64,000 bases of DNA from Candidatus Moraniibacteriota bacterium (GTDB lineage: Bacteria; Patescibacteriota; Minisyncoccia; Moranbacterales; UBA2206), in assembly GCA_030679995.1 (NCBI GenBank), contig JAUXSK010000015.1:3607-67606 (forward strand), given 5' to 3'. The position numbers were made by a program, and so were the translations under genes. Under the pieces are notes generated by a model that worked only from the letters and a program-made list of their open reading frames with translations, did no database searches and was not told the DNA's origin. Positions 1 to 10,022 of the stretch are shown here, piece by piece (positions within the stretch are counted from its first letter, which is position 1; the number at the start of each line of letters is the position of its first letter).

Positions 1-330
1 CCGGTTGATTTTGTGGATGATCGCTTGGATATTGGGCCGGAAACCGTGGAAAAATTCAAGGCCATTATCGCCAGTGCCAAGACGATCGCTTGGAACGGGC
101 CGACCGGAAAATTCGAGGATGAGAAATATGCCAAGAGTTCCAATGAAATCCTGGAAGCAGTCATTGCCAGCGGAGCTTTTGTTCTGGTGGGCGGCGGCGA
201 AACCCTGGAAATCTTGGAAAAAAACCACGCTATGGATGACATCTCTTTTGTTTCCACAGGCGGCGGAGCGATGCTGGACTTTTTGGCCGGCAATGCGATG
301 CCGGGAATCGAAGCCTTGTCACGAGGATAA
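1..330 (+). CDS. pgk: phosphoglycerate kinase, C-terminal fragment (5' end outside window)
   Basis: Frame-1 translation ...VDFVDDRLDIGPETVEKFKAIIASAKTIAWNGPTGKFEDEKYAKSSNEILEAV...GGGAMLDFLAG matches the conserved PGK C-terminal domain; stop TAA at 328-330. Confidence 0.85.
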   Translation, partial: PVDFVDDRLDIGPETVEKFKAIIASAKTIAWNGPTGKFEDEKYAKSSNEILEAVIASGAFVLVGGGETLEILEKNHAMDDISFVSTGGGAMLDFLAGNAMPGIEALSRG

Positions 331-472
331 TCCGCAGCGGTCCTTGGCCGTAGCGTCCGAGCAAATCGAATATCGTTTGGAAATCCATAAAGATGGGGCG
401 TCAGCCCCGTTTTTTGTTTTGTCGAGCTTGTGATATAATATTGGATAGCCTAATCAAATTAACGAAATTTTT

Positions 473-1732
473 ATGTCTAAAATAAAGAAAATTTTTGCGC
501 GGGAAATCTTGGATTCACGGGGTAATCCGACGGTGGAAGTGGATGTCGAGCTGGAATCGGGCGTGAAGGCGACGGCGGCTGTTCCGTCCGGCGCTTCGAC
601 GGGGACTTTTGAGGCTTTGGAATTACGTGATGGCGATAAAAAAAGATATAATGGCTTGGGAGTTTTGCAGGCGGTGGAAAACGTGAACAAAAAAATCCAG
701 AAAGCGGTGGTCGGGATGGAGGCGGAAAAACAAATGGAAATTGACCAAAAAATGCTGGAATTGGATGGGACGGAAAATAAGACCAATTTGGGGGCTAATG
801 CGATTTTGGGCGTGTCGTTGGCGGTTTGCCGCGCGGCTGCGCTGGAGCAGGAAATTCCCTTGTACAAATATATCGCTAAGACTTTCAAATTTCCGGCTAA
901 GCTGAAATTACCTACCCCGATGTTCAATGTGATCAATGGCGGAAAACACAGTGATTCTGGACTTTCCATCCAGGAATATAAAATCGTGCCGAATGGCATT
1001 AAAACTTTCCGCGAGCAATTCCGCGCCGGCAGTGAAATTTTCCATAAGTTGAAAGAAATCCTGGCGTCCGAAGGCCAGAGTGTGGCGGTAGGAGACGAGG
1101 GCGGGTTCGCTCCGCGCCTGGAAAGCAATTCCAAAGCCTTGGAGTTGATGAATCGGGCGATTACCGAAGCCGGCTATGCTAAAGGCAAGCAAGTCAGCAC
1201 CGGTATCGATGCGGCTGCCTCTTCATTTTTTGATGAAAAAGAAGGCCAATATATCTTCAAGCCGGAAAGTAATGGTATAACCCGGGAAATGTTGATGAAT
1301 ATCTATAACGAATGGATCGCGAAATATAATGTCATCTCGGTGGAAGATGGCTTGAATGAGAATGATTGGGAGGGCTGGAGCGCGATGGAGAAAAAAATCG
1401 GCAAGAAAGTGATGACGATCGGGGATGATTTGCTGGTCACTAACGTGAAAAGGCTCAAAATGGCTATTCGTGAAAAAGCTTGCAATTCGGTCCTGATCAA
1501 GGTCAATCAGATCGGTTCACTCACGGAAACGGTCGACTGTATAAAATTGGCTAAGAAAAATAAGATGAAAATCGTCATTTCCCATCGAAGCGGGGAAACC
1601 ACGGATGATTTCATTTCCGATTTGGCGGTCGGAACCGGTGCGGAATATATGAAATCCGGATCGCTTTCAAGAGGGGAAAGGATCTGCAAATATAACCGGC
1701 TTTTGAGGATCGAAGAGGAAATAACGAAATAA
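473..1732 (+). CDS. eno: enolase (phosphopyruvate hydratase)
   Basis: 419 aa; N-terminus IFAREILDSRGNPTVEVDV and overall full-length similarity to enolase. Confidence 0.95.
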   Translation: MSKIKKIFAREILDSRGNPTVEVDVELESGVKATAAVPSGASTGTFEALELRDGDKKRYNGLGVLQAVENVNKKIQKAVVGMEAEKQMEIDQKMLELDGTENKTNLGANAILGVSLAVCRAAALEQEIPLYKYIAKTFKFPAKLKLPTPMFNVINGGKHSDSGLSIQEYKIVPNGIKTFREQFRAGSEIFHKLKEILASEGQSVAVGDEGGFAPRLESNSKALELMNRAITEAGYAKGKQVSTGIDAAASSFFDEKEGQYIFKPESNGITREMLMNIYNEWIAKYNVISVEDGLNENDWEGWSAMEKKIGKKVMTIGDDLLVTNVKRLKMAIREKACNSVLIKVNQIGSLTETVDCIKLAKKNKMKIVISHRSGETTDDFISDLAVGTGAEYMKSGSLSRGERICKYNRLLRIEEEITK

Positions 1733-1847
1733 ATTTTCGGATTTCCGATTCCGTAATTCTTCAAGAATCAAGGATGGTTTGAAAAATAAAACATAAATAT
1801 CGGATATTTGAGAATCGGGCCAGGTACACTAAAAAGAATATCAAAAT

Positions 1848-3404
1848 ATGAATAACAAAAAAACACCTACGCTGCTGGTAATATTGGATGGTTGGGGCGT
1901 CGCGCCGCCATCCAAAGGCAACGCGATAACGATGGCTAAAAAACCGGTCTTGGACCGGCTATATGAAACATATCCGTCGACAGTGATTGGCGCGACCGGC
2001 GAGGATGTCGGCCTGGAGGATCACAAGATGAGCGGATCGGAAGCCGGCCATATGAATATCGGGGCGGGCCGGATAATCAACCAGGATTCGCTGTATATTT
2101 CCAACAGTATCAAGGACAAAAGTTTTTTCATAAATCCGACTTTGGTGTGCGCGATGCATCACGCGAAGAAATATAATAGCAGCTTGCACGTAATGGGTCT
2201 TATGGGTAATTCGGACAGTCCGCATAGTGATCCGGAGCATTTTCGCGCAATTTTGGAACTGGCGAAGAAAAATAATATTCCGCAAGTATATTGCCATTTA
2301 TTTACGGACGGACGCGACTCCTATCCGCGGAGCGCCCATAAGCATTTGAAACATTATCAAAAGATAATGGCGGAGGTCGGCATCGGGAAGATCGCGACTT
2401 TGAGCGGGCGGTTTTATGCGATGGACCGCGCCAAAAATTGGAAACGATTGACTTTGGCATATGATGCGATAGTTTTTTTGCGGGGCGAGAAAGCCGGTTC
2501 CCCTGAGGAAGCGATTGATAATGCGTATGATATCGGGCTGACGGATGAATATCTGATTCCGACCGTGATCCATGAAAACGGCCGTCCGGTCGTGCGGATC
2601 AGTGAGAATGACGCGGTCATTTTTTATAATTTGCGATCCGATCGAGCTAGGCAATTCACCAAACTTTTCGTGGCGATGAGCAAAGAAAGCATTATGGAAG
2701 ACGATATGCCGATAACTGACAAAATAAAGAACTTATATTTCGCGGCTATGACGGATTTCGGTCCGGATTTGGAAATCCACACGGCTTTTCCGGGGCACAC
2801 CATTTCGGCGACTTTGCCGATGGTTTTGGGCGGTATAAAACAGTTGTATATCGCTGAATCGGAAAAATTCGCCCACGTGACCTATTTCTTGAATGGCGGT
2901 TATGCGGATCTGGTCGACGGTGAAACGCGTGTCATGATCGAATCGCCAGTCGTCGATTCATATGCCAAGATCCCGCAAATGTCGGCTGAGCGGATAACTG
3001 ACACGATTTTGCAAAGCATCCAAGATGACGAATATGATTTTATCGCGGTCAATTATGCCAATGCGGATATGGTCGGGCATACCGGGGATATGGGAGCTAC
3101 GGTGGAGGCGATAGAATTTTTAGACAAACAGATCGGCCGGCTGGCGAAGAAAATATCGGCTGGCGGTGGTAATATGATCATTACCGCGGACCATGGCAAC
3201 GCTGACGATATGGTGGATTTCGACAGCGACCAGCCGAATACTTTCCATACCAAAAATCCGGTGCCCTTCCTGTTAGTTGGGGAAAGATTTAAAAACAAAA
3301 AATTGCGCGATGGCGGCGTTCTGGGGAATATCGCTCCGACCATCTTGGATATTCTGGGCATAGAGAAACCGGGATTGATGGTCAAAGAGTCATTGTTGAA
3401 ATAA
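1848..3404 (+). CDS. gpmI: 2,3-bisphosphoglycerate-independent phosphoglycerate mutase
   Basis: 518 aa; LLVILDGWGV...SGSEAGHMNIGAGRI... iPGM signature regions. Confidence 0.9.
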   Translation: MNNKKTPTLLVILDGWGVAPPSKGNAITMAKKPVLDRLYETYPSTVIGATGEDVGLEDHKMSGSEAGHMNIGAGRIINQDSLYISNSIKDKSFFINPTLVCAMHHAKKYNSSLHVMGLMGNSDSPHSDPEHFRAILELAKKNNIPQVYCHLFTDGRDSYPRSAHKHLKHYQKIMAEVGIGKIATLSGRFYAMDRAKNWKRLTLAYDAIVFLRGEKAGSPEEAIDNAYDIGLTDEYLIPTVIHENGRPVVRISENDAVIFYNLRSDRARQFTKLFVAMSKESIMEDDMPITDKIKNLYFAAMTDFGPDLEIHTAFPGHTISATLPMVLGGIKQLYIAESEKFAHVTYFLNGGYADLVDGETRVMIESPVVDSYAKIPQMSAERITDTILQSIQDDEYDFIAVNYANADMVGHTGDMGATVEAIEFLDKQIGRLAKKISAGGGNMIITADHGNADDMVDFDSDQPNTFHTKNPVPFLLVGERFKNKKLRDGGVLGNIAPTILDILGIEKPGLMVKESLLK

Positions 3405-3411
3405 TTTTTAA

Positions 3412-4416
3412 ATGGATAATTCTATGGATAAGATAATTTGCATCGGCTCATCCACCAAGGATGTCATATTTCCGATGAATGATGGAATCGTGGTGGAAAC
3501 TCCAAGTGACTTGGAATGCCAGAGAAAAATCACTTTTGAATTGGGGGCTAAATACCAACTTGCCGGCGGACGGCATGAATCCATCGGTGGTTGCGCGGCC
3601 AATGTGGCTTGCGGTCTGTCTCGTCTGGGTATCGGGACTTTTTGTTGCACCCGGATGGGAAACGACCAATCCGGCGAATGGATCAAAGATGAGTTGGAAA
3701 AAAACGGCGTTGCGACCGATTTGTTGCAAATGGATAGGGAATGCCGGAGCGACCTTTCGTTCATCCTGGCCCATATTCCCAGTGAAGACCGGATTATATT
3801 TTCTGACCGCGATGCGAATGAAAAATTGGAAGTGCTTTCGGATGAGATAAGGAAAATTCCGGCGGAGTGGTTTTTTGTCAGTTCGCTTAATGGGAATAAA
3901 GATGAAAGCTGGGAAGTTAAGTTGGACAAGATATTGGCGCTGGTTCGGGATGGCGACAAAAAAATGGTTTTCAATCCCGGGCAAAAAAACATCAAAATAA
4001 ATACGCAAAAAGTGATCGAAGGAGTCAGGCAGGCACAAATATTGATCGTCAATAAGGATGAGGCGATTGAGATCGTTGAAAAATCCGGGGATTTCGACAT
4101 CAATTCACTTAATGACGAAAGGTTTTTGGCGGAAAAATTGAACGCCTTGGGTGCCCGGACCGTAGCTTTGACGGACGGCGCGCGCGGTGCTTGGGGATTT
4201 GATGGCAAGGATTTTTTGCATATCGCGGCGAGGAAAGAAAAAGTCGCTGATACCTTGGGTGCGGGTGATGCTTTTTCCAGTGGCTTTATCGCCGCCCAAA
4301 TGAAAAGTAGGGATTTGGAAGAATGTTTGCGCTGGGGCATCGCCAATAGCAGCAGCGTCGTCAACTTCTATGGCGCTGTTGAGGGCCTGCTGGATGAGAA
4401 AAAAATATCAGTCTAA
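3412..4416 (+). CDS. PfkB-family carbohydrate/nucleoside kinase (ribokinase-like)
   Basis: 334 aa; C-terminal PfkB signature DTLGAGDAFSSGFIAA; substrate not assignable from sequence. Confidence 0.75.
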   Translation: MDNSMDKIICIGSSTKDVIFPMNDGIVVETPSDLECQRKITFELGAKYQLAGGRHESIGGCAANVACGLSRLGIGTFCCTRMGNDQSGEWIKDELEKNGVATDLLQMDRECRSDLSFILAHIPSEDRIIFSDRDANEKLEVLSDEIRKIPAEWFFVSSLNGNKDESWEVKLDKILALVRDGDKKMVFNPGQKNIKINTQKVIEGVRQAQILIVNKDEAIEIVEKSGDFDINSLNDERFLAEKLNALGARTVALTDGARGAWGFDGKDFLHIAARKEKVADTLGAGDAFSSGFIAAQMKSRDLEECLRWGIANSSSVVNFYGAVEGLLDEKKISV

Positions 4417-4422
4417 AAAAAT

Positions 4423-6501
4423 ATGTCAAATTTAAAAAAATTATTCAATCCCGGATCGATCGCCGTCGTTGGCGCTTCGCAGGAGTCTGGCAAAGTCGGC
4501 AATGTCATCGCGAAAAACCTGATTGAACTGGGATATGCCGGCAAGGTTTTTTTTGTCAACCCGAAGCATGACAAAATCTATGACCAGCGAAGTTATAAGA
4601 GTCTTGGCGAGATCGTGGAGAAGATCGATCTGGCGATTATCGTTTTGCCGGCTAAAATCGTCGTGCCGGTCGTCCGCGAGGCTGCCGGTCGTGTAAAAAA
4701 TTTCGTAGTCATTTCCGCCGGATTTTCCGAGACGGACGAGGAAGGGCGGGAGCGGGAAAAGGAGCTGGAGGCTTTGGCAGAGGAAAAAGAATTGAATATC
4801 CTCGGGCCGAATTGTTTGGGATTTATAATCCCCAAATTGAATTTGAATGCTTCTTTCGCGGGCGGGATGCCAAAGGCGGGCAATGTTTCTTTCGTGTCCC
4901 AGTCTGGCGCTTTGGCGGTGGCGATTATGGATATCGCCAGGAAAGAAAACATCCAGTTTTCCAATATAATTTCCGTCGGCAATAAAATGCGGATCGATGA
5001 AGCGGGAATTTTGGAATACCTGGCCCAGGATCCCGATACGAAAGTCATCGGGATGTATTTGGAAGGGATAAAAAACGGGCCGGAGTTTATCAAAATGGCG
5101 CAAAAAGTTTCCAAGACTAAGCCGATAATAATCATCAAGGCCGGCAAGACTGAAAAATCACAACAAGCGATTTCTTCCCATACTGGCGCTTTGGCGGGCA
5201 GCGATGATATCGTAGAAGCGGTTTTTAAAAAAGCGGGAATCTTGCGGGCGGAAAATTTAGAAGACCTGTTCGCTTTGATTGAATTGATTTCAAACACGCA
5301 AGCGCCGAAAACCAACCAAGTGGCGGTAATCACCAATGCAGGCGGTCCGGGCGTCCTGACTACGGACGCTTTCGACGGAAAAGAAATCGAGCTGGGCGAT
5401 CCGGATGATGGAATAAAAAATAGGTTGCGGGAATTTTTGCCGGCGGAATCGTCTGTGGCAAATCCAATCGATCTTCTTGGGGATGCGATGGAGGATAGGT
5501 ATGCCCAGGCGCTGGATGTTCTGGATTCGATGGAGGGGGTGGGTGCGCTGGTGTGCGTCCTGACTCCGCAAGACCAGACCCCGGTCGGCAAAATAGCAGA
5601 CAGCATAATCGCTTTCAGGAATAAAACCGATAAATTAGTGGCGACTGTCTTCATCGGTGGAGAAAGGGTAGAGAAGGGTATCACCAAATTAAAGGAAGGT
5701 GGCATTCCGAATTTTTCTTTTCCGGATTTAGCCGTGAGGGCGATTGATGAATACTATGCCTGGAACAGGCGCAGGATAGCGGACCAGTCCGGGGTGGAAA
5801 CCGCGAAACAAATCACTGTCGATGCCGGCCGGCAGAAAAAGGTCGCGGCGATTATCGGAAAGGCCCGGGAAGAAAAGCGAGGAGCGCTTTCATTTCCGGA
5901 GGCTCAAAAAATCATGGCGATGTATGGCGTAAAAACCCCGAATGTGACGGATATTGCGGCGGGGGACAGTTTGCCGGAAGGAATTGGGTTTCCGGCCGTG
6001 ATGAAAGTCGACAGTGATAAGGTTTTGCACAAGACTGACAAACAAGGCGTGATTTTGAATATAAAAAACCGGGAAGAGTTGGAAAGGGCCTATGCGCGGA
6101 TGGAAGATAATTTTCCAGGCGAGAAATTCATCATCCAACCGATGCTTGCGATAAAAACCGAACTTATCGCCGGGATAAAGATCGATGGCATATTCGGCCC
6201 GATTATCGTCTATGGTTTAGGTGGAATCTATACGGAAGTTTTTAAGATGGTTGATTTCTTGGTTTCCCCAAGTAGTGTCCAGGATGTGGCGGATTCGCTC
6301 GCGCAAGGCAAAATCAAATTTTTATTCGAAAAAACACGCGGCCAGAATCCGTATGATATCAAGAACATCGCGGAAATCCTATTCGGTTTGTCTCTGTTGG
6401 CCCGGGAAGCAGATGAAATAAAAGAATTGGATATTAATCCGCTTCTGGTCTATAATGATGGCAAAGAGGCTGTGGCAGTCGATGTTAAAATAATAATTTA
6501 A
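4423..6501 (+). CDS. acetate--CoA ligase (ADP-forming), fused alpha/beta subunits (NDP-forming acyl-CoA synthetase)
   Basis: 692 aa; N-terminal CoA-binding domain (SIAVVGASQESGKVGNVI...), succinyl-CoA-synthetase-like middle, C-terminal ATP-grasp; architecture typical of ACD. Confidence 0.8.
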   Translation: MSNLKKLFNPGSIAVVGASQESGKVGNVIAKNLIELGYAGKVFFVNPKHDKIYDQRSYKSLGEIVEKIDLAIIVLPAKIVVPVVREAAGRVKNFVVISAGFSETDEEGREREKELEALAEEKELNILGPNCLGFIIPKLNLNASFAGGMPKAGNVSFVSQSGALAVAIMDIARKENIQFSNIISVGNKMRIDEAGILEYLAQDPDTKVIGMYLEGIKNGPEFIKMAQKVSKTKPIIIIKAGKTEKSQQAISSHTGALAGSDDIVEAVFKKAGILRAENLEDLFALIELISNTQAPKTNQVAVITNAGGPGVLTTDAFDGKEIELGDPDDGIKNRLREFLPAESSVANPIDLLGDAMEDRYAQALDVLDSMEGVGALVCVLTPQDQTPVGKIADSIIAFRNKTDKLVATVFIGGERVEKGITKLKEGGIPNFSFPDLAVRAIDEYYAWNRRRIADQSGVETAKQITVDAGRQKKVAAIIGKAREEKRGALSFPEAQKIMAMYGVKTPNVTDIAAGDSLPEGIGFPAVMKVDSDKVLHKTDKQGVILNIKNREELERAYARMEDNFPGEKFIIQPMLAIKTELIAGIKIDGIFGPIIVYGLGGIYTEVFKMVDFLVSPSSVQDVADSLAQGKIKFLFEKTRGQNPYDIKNIAEILFGLSLLAREADEIKELDINPLLVYNDGKEAVAVDVKIII

Positions 6502-6570
6502 GATTCATCCGGTTAACATAGCCGCTAGGAGCGAATTGTATCCGCGGTATTTGACGGAATATGAACAAAT

Positions 6571-7140
6571 ATGAAAAAAACATTGAAAATCCTGTTGGTA
6601 GATGACGAAGACGTGACAAGGGGTATGTATGCTGAAATTTTCCGCAAAGAGGGTTTTACGGTTTCAGAGGCTAAAAACGGCGTAGATGGTTTGGATGGCG
6701 CGACCAAGGATGTGCCGGATATCATCTTTACCGGAATCGTTATGCCAGTGATGGACGGTTTCACTATGATGGAGGCTTTGAAAAAGAACGTGGTGACAAG
6801 TAATATCCCGGTTGTGATTTCTTCCCATTTGGGGCGCGAAGAGGATCAGCAGCGGGCGCGTGATTTGGGAGCCAAAGCTTTTTTTATCCGGGGCTTCTAT
6901 ACGCCATATGAAATCGTAGAGAAAATCCGGGCGATATTCGAACTTCCGGAATATAAGATAAAATTCGCGGTCAACGAATTGGATGCCGCCAAGATGGCCC
7001 GTGACTTGCGTATTAATATGGATTTCAAATGTCTGAAGTGCGAAGGCGAGTTGGTTTTGGCTATGAAATTGGTGGATGCTAAAAACCAGGAATTTTCAGC
7101 TAAACTCGTATGTGCCGGATGTGGAAATGGGCGCAATTAA
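6571..7140 (+). CDS. stand-alone response-regulator receiver (CheY-like) fused to a C-terminal CxxC...CxxC zinc ribbon
   Basis: 189 aa; REC domain with phospho-acceptor context ILLVDDE...IFTGIVMPVMDG; C-terminal CLKCEG...x23...CAGCGNG; no output DNA-binding domain and no histidine kinase gene in the window. Confidence 0.7.
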   Translation: MKKTLKILLVDDEDVTRGMYAEIFRKEGFTVSEAKNGVDGLDGATKDVPDIIFTGIVMPVMDGFTMMEALKKNVVTSNIPVVISSHLGREEDQQRARDLGAKAFFIRGFYTPYEIVEKIRAIFELPEYKIKFAVNELDAAKMARDLRINMDFKCLKCEGELVLAMKLVDAKNQEFSAKLVCAGCGNGRN

Positions 7141-7219
7141 GGAAATTCGGAATTTCCGGAGCGTTCGTCCTGACCAAAGGTGTGAGCTATAAAAAAATAA
7201 AAAAATATTTTGCGGAGCT

Positions 7220-7250
7220 CAATCCGCTCGTGGCGGGTTGGGCTTTGTTG
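7220..7250 (+). terminator. possible intrinsic terminator / 5' hairpin between RR gene and recJ
   Basis: stem caatccgc/gcgggttg (one G-U), loop tcgtg, followed by a T-rich tract ggctttgttgtttt. Confidence 0.35.
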
Positions 7251-7262
7251 TTTTGAAAAAAA

Positions 7263-8978
7263 ATGCGGAAGAAATGGGATGTTAAAAAAGAATCAGGCAA
7301 TCCGATCGTCGGTTTGGAAGATGGGGGATTCCATCCGGTCGTTTTGCGGCTTCTGGCCAATAGAGGGATTACGGAGGCTGATGGGATAAGGAAATTTTTC
7401 GATTTTAACTATGACTCGGATGTCCATAGTCCATTCTTGTTTTCCGATATGGAAAAGGCGATGGCCAGGATGGCACGGGCTAAGGAAGGAAAGGAAAAAT
7501 TGGCGATTTTCGGCGATTATGATGCCGACGGCGTGACGGCGACGGCGCTTATGTATGAAACGCTGACAAATCTTGGATTTACCGATGTCATTCCATATAT
7601 TCCCGGCCGGCAGACCGAAGGCTATGGGATGAATGAGGCTGCTATCGAATATCTGTCCAAGGAAGGCGTAAGTCTGATTATCACGGTCGATTGTGGCGTG
7701 ACTAATGTGGCGCAGACTGACAAGGCTAAGAGTTTAGGCGTTGACGTGATCATAACCGACCATCATTATGTGCCAAAGGAATTGCCGCAGGCTGTAGCGA
7801 TTATCAATCCGCATATGGAAAATTGCGGCTATCCTTTCGCGGATCTGGCCGGAGTCGGCGTGGCGTTCAAATTCGCTGAAGCTTTGTATCGGAAATTCGA
7901 CGCAGGCAGGATCGACCAATTGAAATGGCTCTTGGATCTGGTGGCGATCGGGACGGTGGCGGATTGCGTTCCATTGATCGGTGAAAACCGGGTGTTGGCG
8001 AAATACGGCTTGGTAGTCCTATCTAAGACCCGGCGAGCCGGCCTTTTGGAGATGTTCAAAGTCGGCCGGATTGCTATTGATGAGAATAATATTCCGGACA
8101 CGCAGAAGATCGGTTTCCAAATCGCGCCTAGGATAAACGCCGCTGGACGGATGGACCATGCCAGTATGGCCTATGACCTGCTGATTGAAAAAGATACGGT
8201 CAGGGCCCGTGATATGGCTTTGGAAATCGAAGATAAGAACAAGAGCCGGCAAAAAGTCACTACGGAAATCGTACGCGAAGTGCGGGCTTTGGCGGAAAAT
8301 TCCTTTAAGGAACGGAAGCTGATTTTTGCCGCTAACGAGCATTGGCAGGTCGGAATTTTGGGTTTGATCGCCGGCCGGGTCGCGGAAGAATTCAACAAAC
8401 CGACGGCGGTTTTCCAGAAACGGGAAACGGAATTCGTCGGCTCGTTCCGCAGTATCGATCAGGTCAATATCGTCAAGGTTTTGGAGCAATGTTCGGATTT
8501 GCTCATCCGTTTCGGCGGACATTCTCAGGCGGCCGGGGCGCAGGTGGCGCCTGAAAATATGGATAAATTCTATGAAAAAATGTCCGCTATTATAGAAAAA
8601 CAATTGGAAAACAAAGATATCACGCCGACCATCACGATTGATTTAGAAGTCGGACCGCAAGATATCGATTGGGATTTGGTCGGGGCTATAAATAAATTAC
8701 AACCATTTGGGGAGGGCAATGAGGAGCCGGTTTTTATAATGAAGGATTTATCTATCGCCGATATGAAAGTCGTCGGCAACGGCAGCAAGCATTTGAAATT
8801 GTCTTTGCGCGCGCAGGATGGTCCGAGAATTTTCGAAGCGATCGGTTTCAGATTGGGGGAAAATGAGCTCGGATTGGAAGTCGGCGAAATGGTAGATATC
8901 GTTTTCAATCTGCAGGAAGACGAATGGAATGGTAATAAGAAAATGCAACTCAATCTGGTCGATATCCGCAGGAAATAA
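7263..8978 (+). CDS. recJ: single-stranded-DNA-specific exonuclease RecJ
   Basis: 571 aa; DHH motifs LAIFGDYDADGVTATAL, ITDHH, and DHHA1 domain. Confidence 0.9.
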   Translation: MRKKWDVKKESGNPIVGLEDGGFHPVVLRLLANRGITEADGIRKFFDFNYDSDVHSPFLFSDMEKAMARMARAKEGKEKLAIFGDYDADGVTATALMYETLTNLGFTDVIPYIPGRQTEGYGMNEAAIEYLSKEGVSLIITVDCGVTNVAQTDKAKSLGVDVIITDHHYVPKELPQAVAIINPHMENCGYPFADLAGVGVAFKFAEALYRKFDAGRIDQLKWLLDLVAIGTVADCVPLIGENRVLAKYGLVVLSKTRRAGLLEMFKVGRIAIDENNIPDTQKIGFQIAPRINAAGRMDHASMAYDLLIEKDTVRARDMALEIEDKNKSRQKVTTEIVREVRALAENSFKERKLIFAANEHWQVGILGLIAGRVAEEFNKPTAVFQKRETEFVGSFRSIDQVNIVKVLEQCSDLLIRFGGHSQAAGAQVAPENMDKFYEKMSAIIEKQLENKDITPTITIDLEVGPQDIDWDLVGAINKLQPFGEGNEEPVFIMKDLSIADMKVVGNGSKHLKLSLRAQDGPRIFEAIGFRLGENELGLEVGEMVDIVFNLQEDEWNGNKKMQLNLVDIRRK

Positions 8979-8996
8979 ATTCTTCAAATTATAAAA

Positions 8997-9032
8997 GGGG
9001 TCTTGCCTTTAGCGAGACCCCCCCCTTTTTTT
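8997..9032. terminator. bidirectional intrinsic terminator between convergent recJ (+) and pyrD-like (-)
   Basis: ggggtct...agacccc stem followed by C3T8 on + strand; A-run/stem/T-run also readable on - strand. Confidence 0.6.
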
Positions 9033-9073
9033 TAGTGATATTATCAAGATTGCCTGGTGTCTCCAGCCTTCAT

Positions 9074-10021
9074 TTAGTTTAATGATCTGATGAGGTTGGC
9101 GGCTGCCATTGGTCGATATGCGGGTAATGTGCAGATACTGAAAGACGAATCCCGCGTATCTTTCTTGGTTTGCAATATCTCGATGTACGGCAGCATATCG
9201 TTTTTTCCGGATATTCCTCCGCCGAATATCAACGGAACGGAGGTGGAGGGTATGACGACGTCTTTCGCGTAATCATAGGCGGACGACGTGATCAGTTCAC
9301 CCGAATAGCCTCCTTTGGTATTGTCTCCGAGTGGAGATTTTTGATATGGCGATATGCCAAGCGTGATTGCGATATCGAACGGTATGGTGTTCATAGTATG
9401 GATAATATCGACACCGGCTTGTTCGATTTGGTTATAAAATATTCCTGGATATACGATGCTTCCCTTGACTATCAAAATAATATTCGGAAATCTTTTTTTG
9501 ACAGTCCTGCAAAGTTCCAAAATATTTTTTTGATTATCCAAGATATCTTCGCCTGAATTCGGGCAGGATGGGTTGATTTCCAGTATGTAAAAATATCCGC
9601 CCAATATTTTTTTAAAGATATTCAACGCTTCCAACGTTTCCTTAAGACCGAGCTCGTAACCCTTGCTGAAATCAGCAAAGAAGCTTGGGATAACGTTGAA
9701 ACCCAACGATAGCGCGATCCGTATCATAATCGCGCAAATCCATACGCCGGGATTTGTCAGTCCGAACGAGTTAAGGATGCTCCGATTGCTTTTTATCCGA
9801 TGCACGAATTTCCACGTTAGCGGATTCCACCAGATAAAATTACCGATCCGTTTGTGGCGGGTTGCGGATTTCGCAATCACTGAGGTTTTGGTTAACCAAA
9901 CTACGGACATAAAATACCAGAAACGGGGATCAAGAATATAGGGAAACATTCCCATTCCGCCATGCCCCAAGATGGTTGAGATAACTACGTTTGTAATTTT
10001 TTCACGAGCTGCTTTTGACAT
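9074..10021 (-). CDS. dihydroorotate dehydrogenase-family protein (PyrD-like TIM-barrel flavoenzyme)
   Basis: 315 aa; DHOD-like motifs NSFGLTNPG, EINPSCPN, GGYSGELI..., IFGGGISG; adjacent to a dihydroorotase-like gene. Confidence 0.6.
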   Translation of the reverse strand: MSKAAREKITNVVISTILGHGGMGMFPYILDPRFWYFMSVVWLTKTSVIAKSATRHKRIGNFIWWNPLTWKFVHRIKSNRSILNSFGLTNPGVWICAIMIRIALSLGFNVIPSFFADFSKGYELGLKETLEALNIFKKILGGYFYILEINPSCPNSGEDILDNQKNILELCRTVKKRFPNIILIVKGSIVYPGIFYNQIEQAGVDIIHTMNTIPFDIAITLGISPYQKSPLGDNTKGGYSGELITSSAYDYAKDVVIPSTSVPLIFGGGISGKNDMLPYIEILQTKKDTRDSSFSICTLPAYRPMAAANLIRSLN

Positions 10022-10022
10022 T

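Noticed and set aside
4593-5705. Long antisense ORFs (370 aa here; also 22848-23621, 30344-31480 at 378 aa, 38898-39716, 3408-4364)
   Set aside because: Each lies entirely opposite a + strand gene with strong, full-length homology (ACD, valS, ATP-grasp, murJ, PfkB). They have low-complexity Ser/Pro/Arg-rich translations typical of shadow ORFs. No independent start or stop context.
8342-8554. Gly/Arg-rich 70-aa ORF (GFDRRPGRGRIQQTDGG...)
   Set aside because: Lies in an alternative frame inside recJ. Its composition reflects the GC-rich codon third positions of the real gene.
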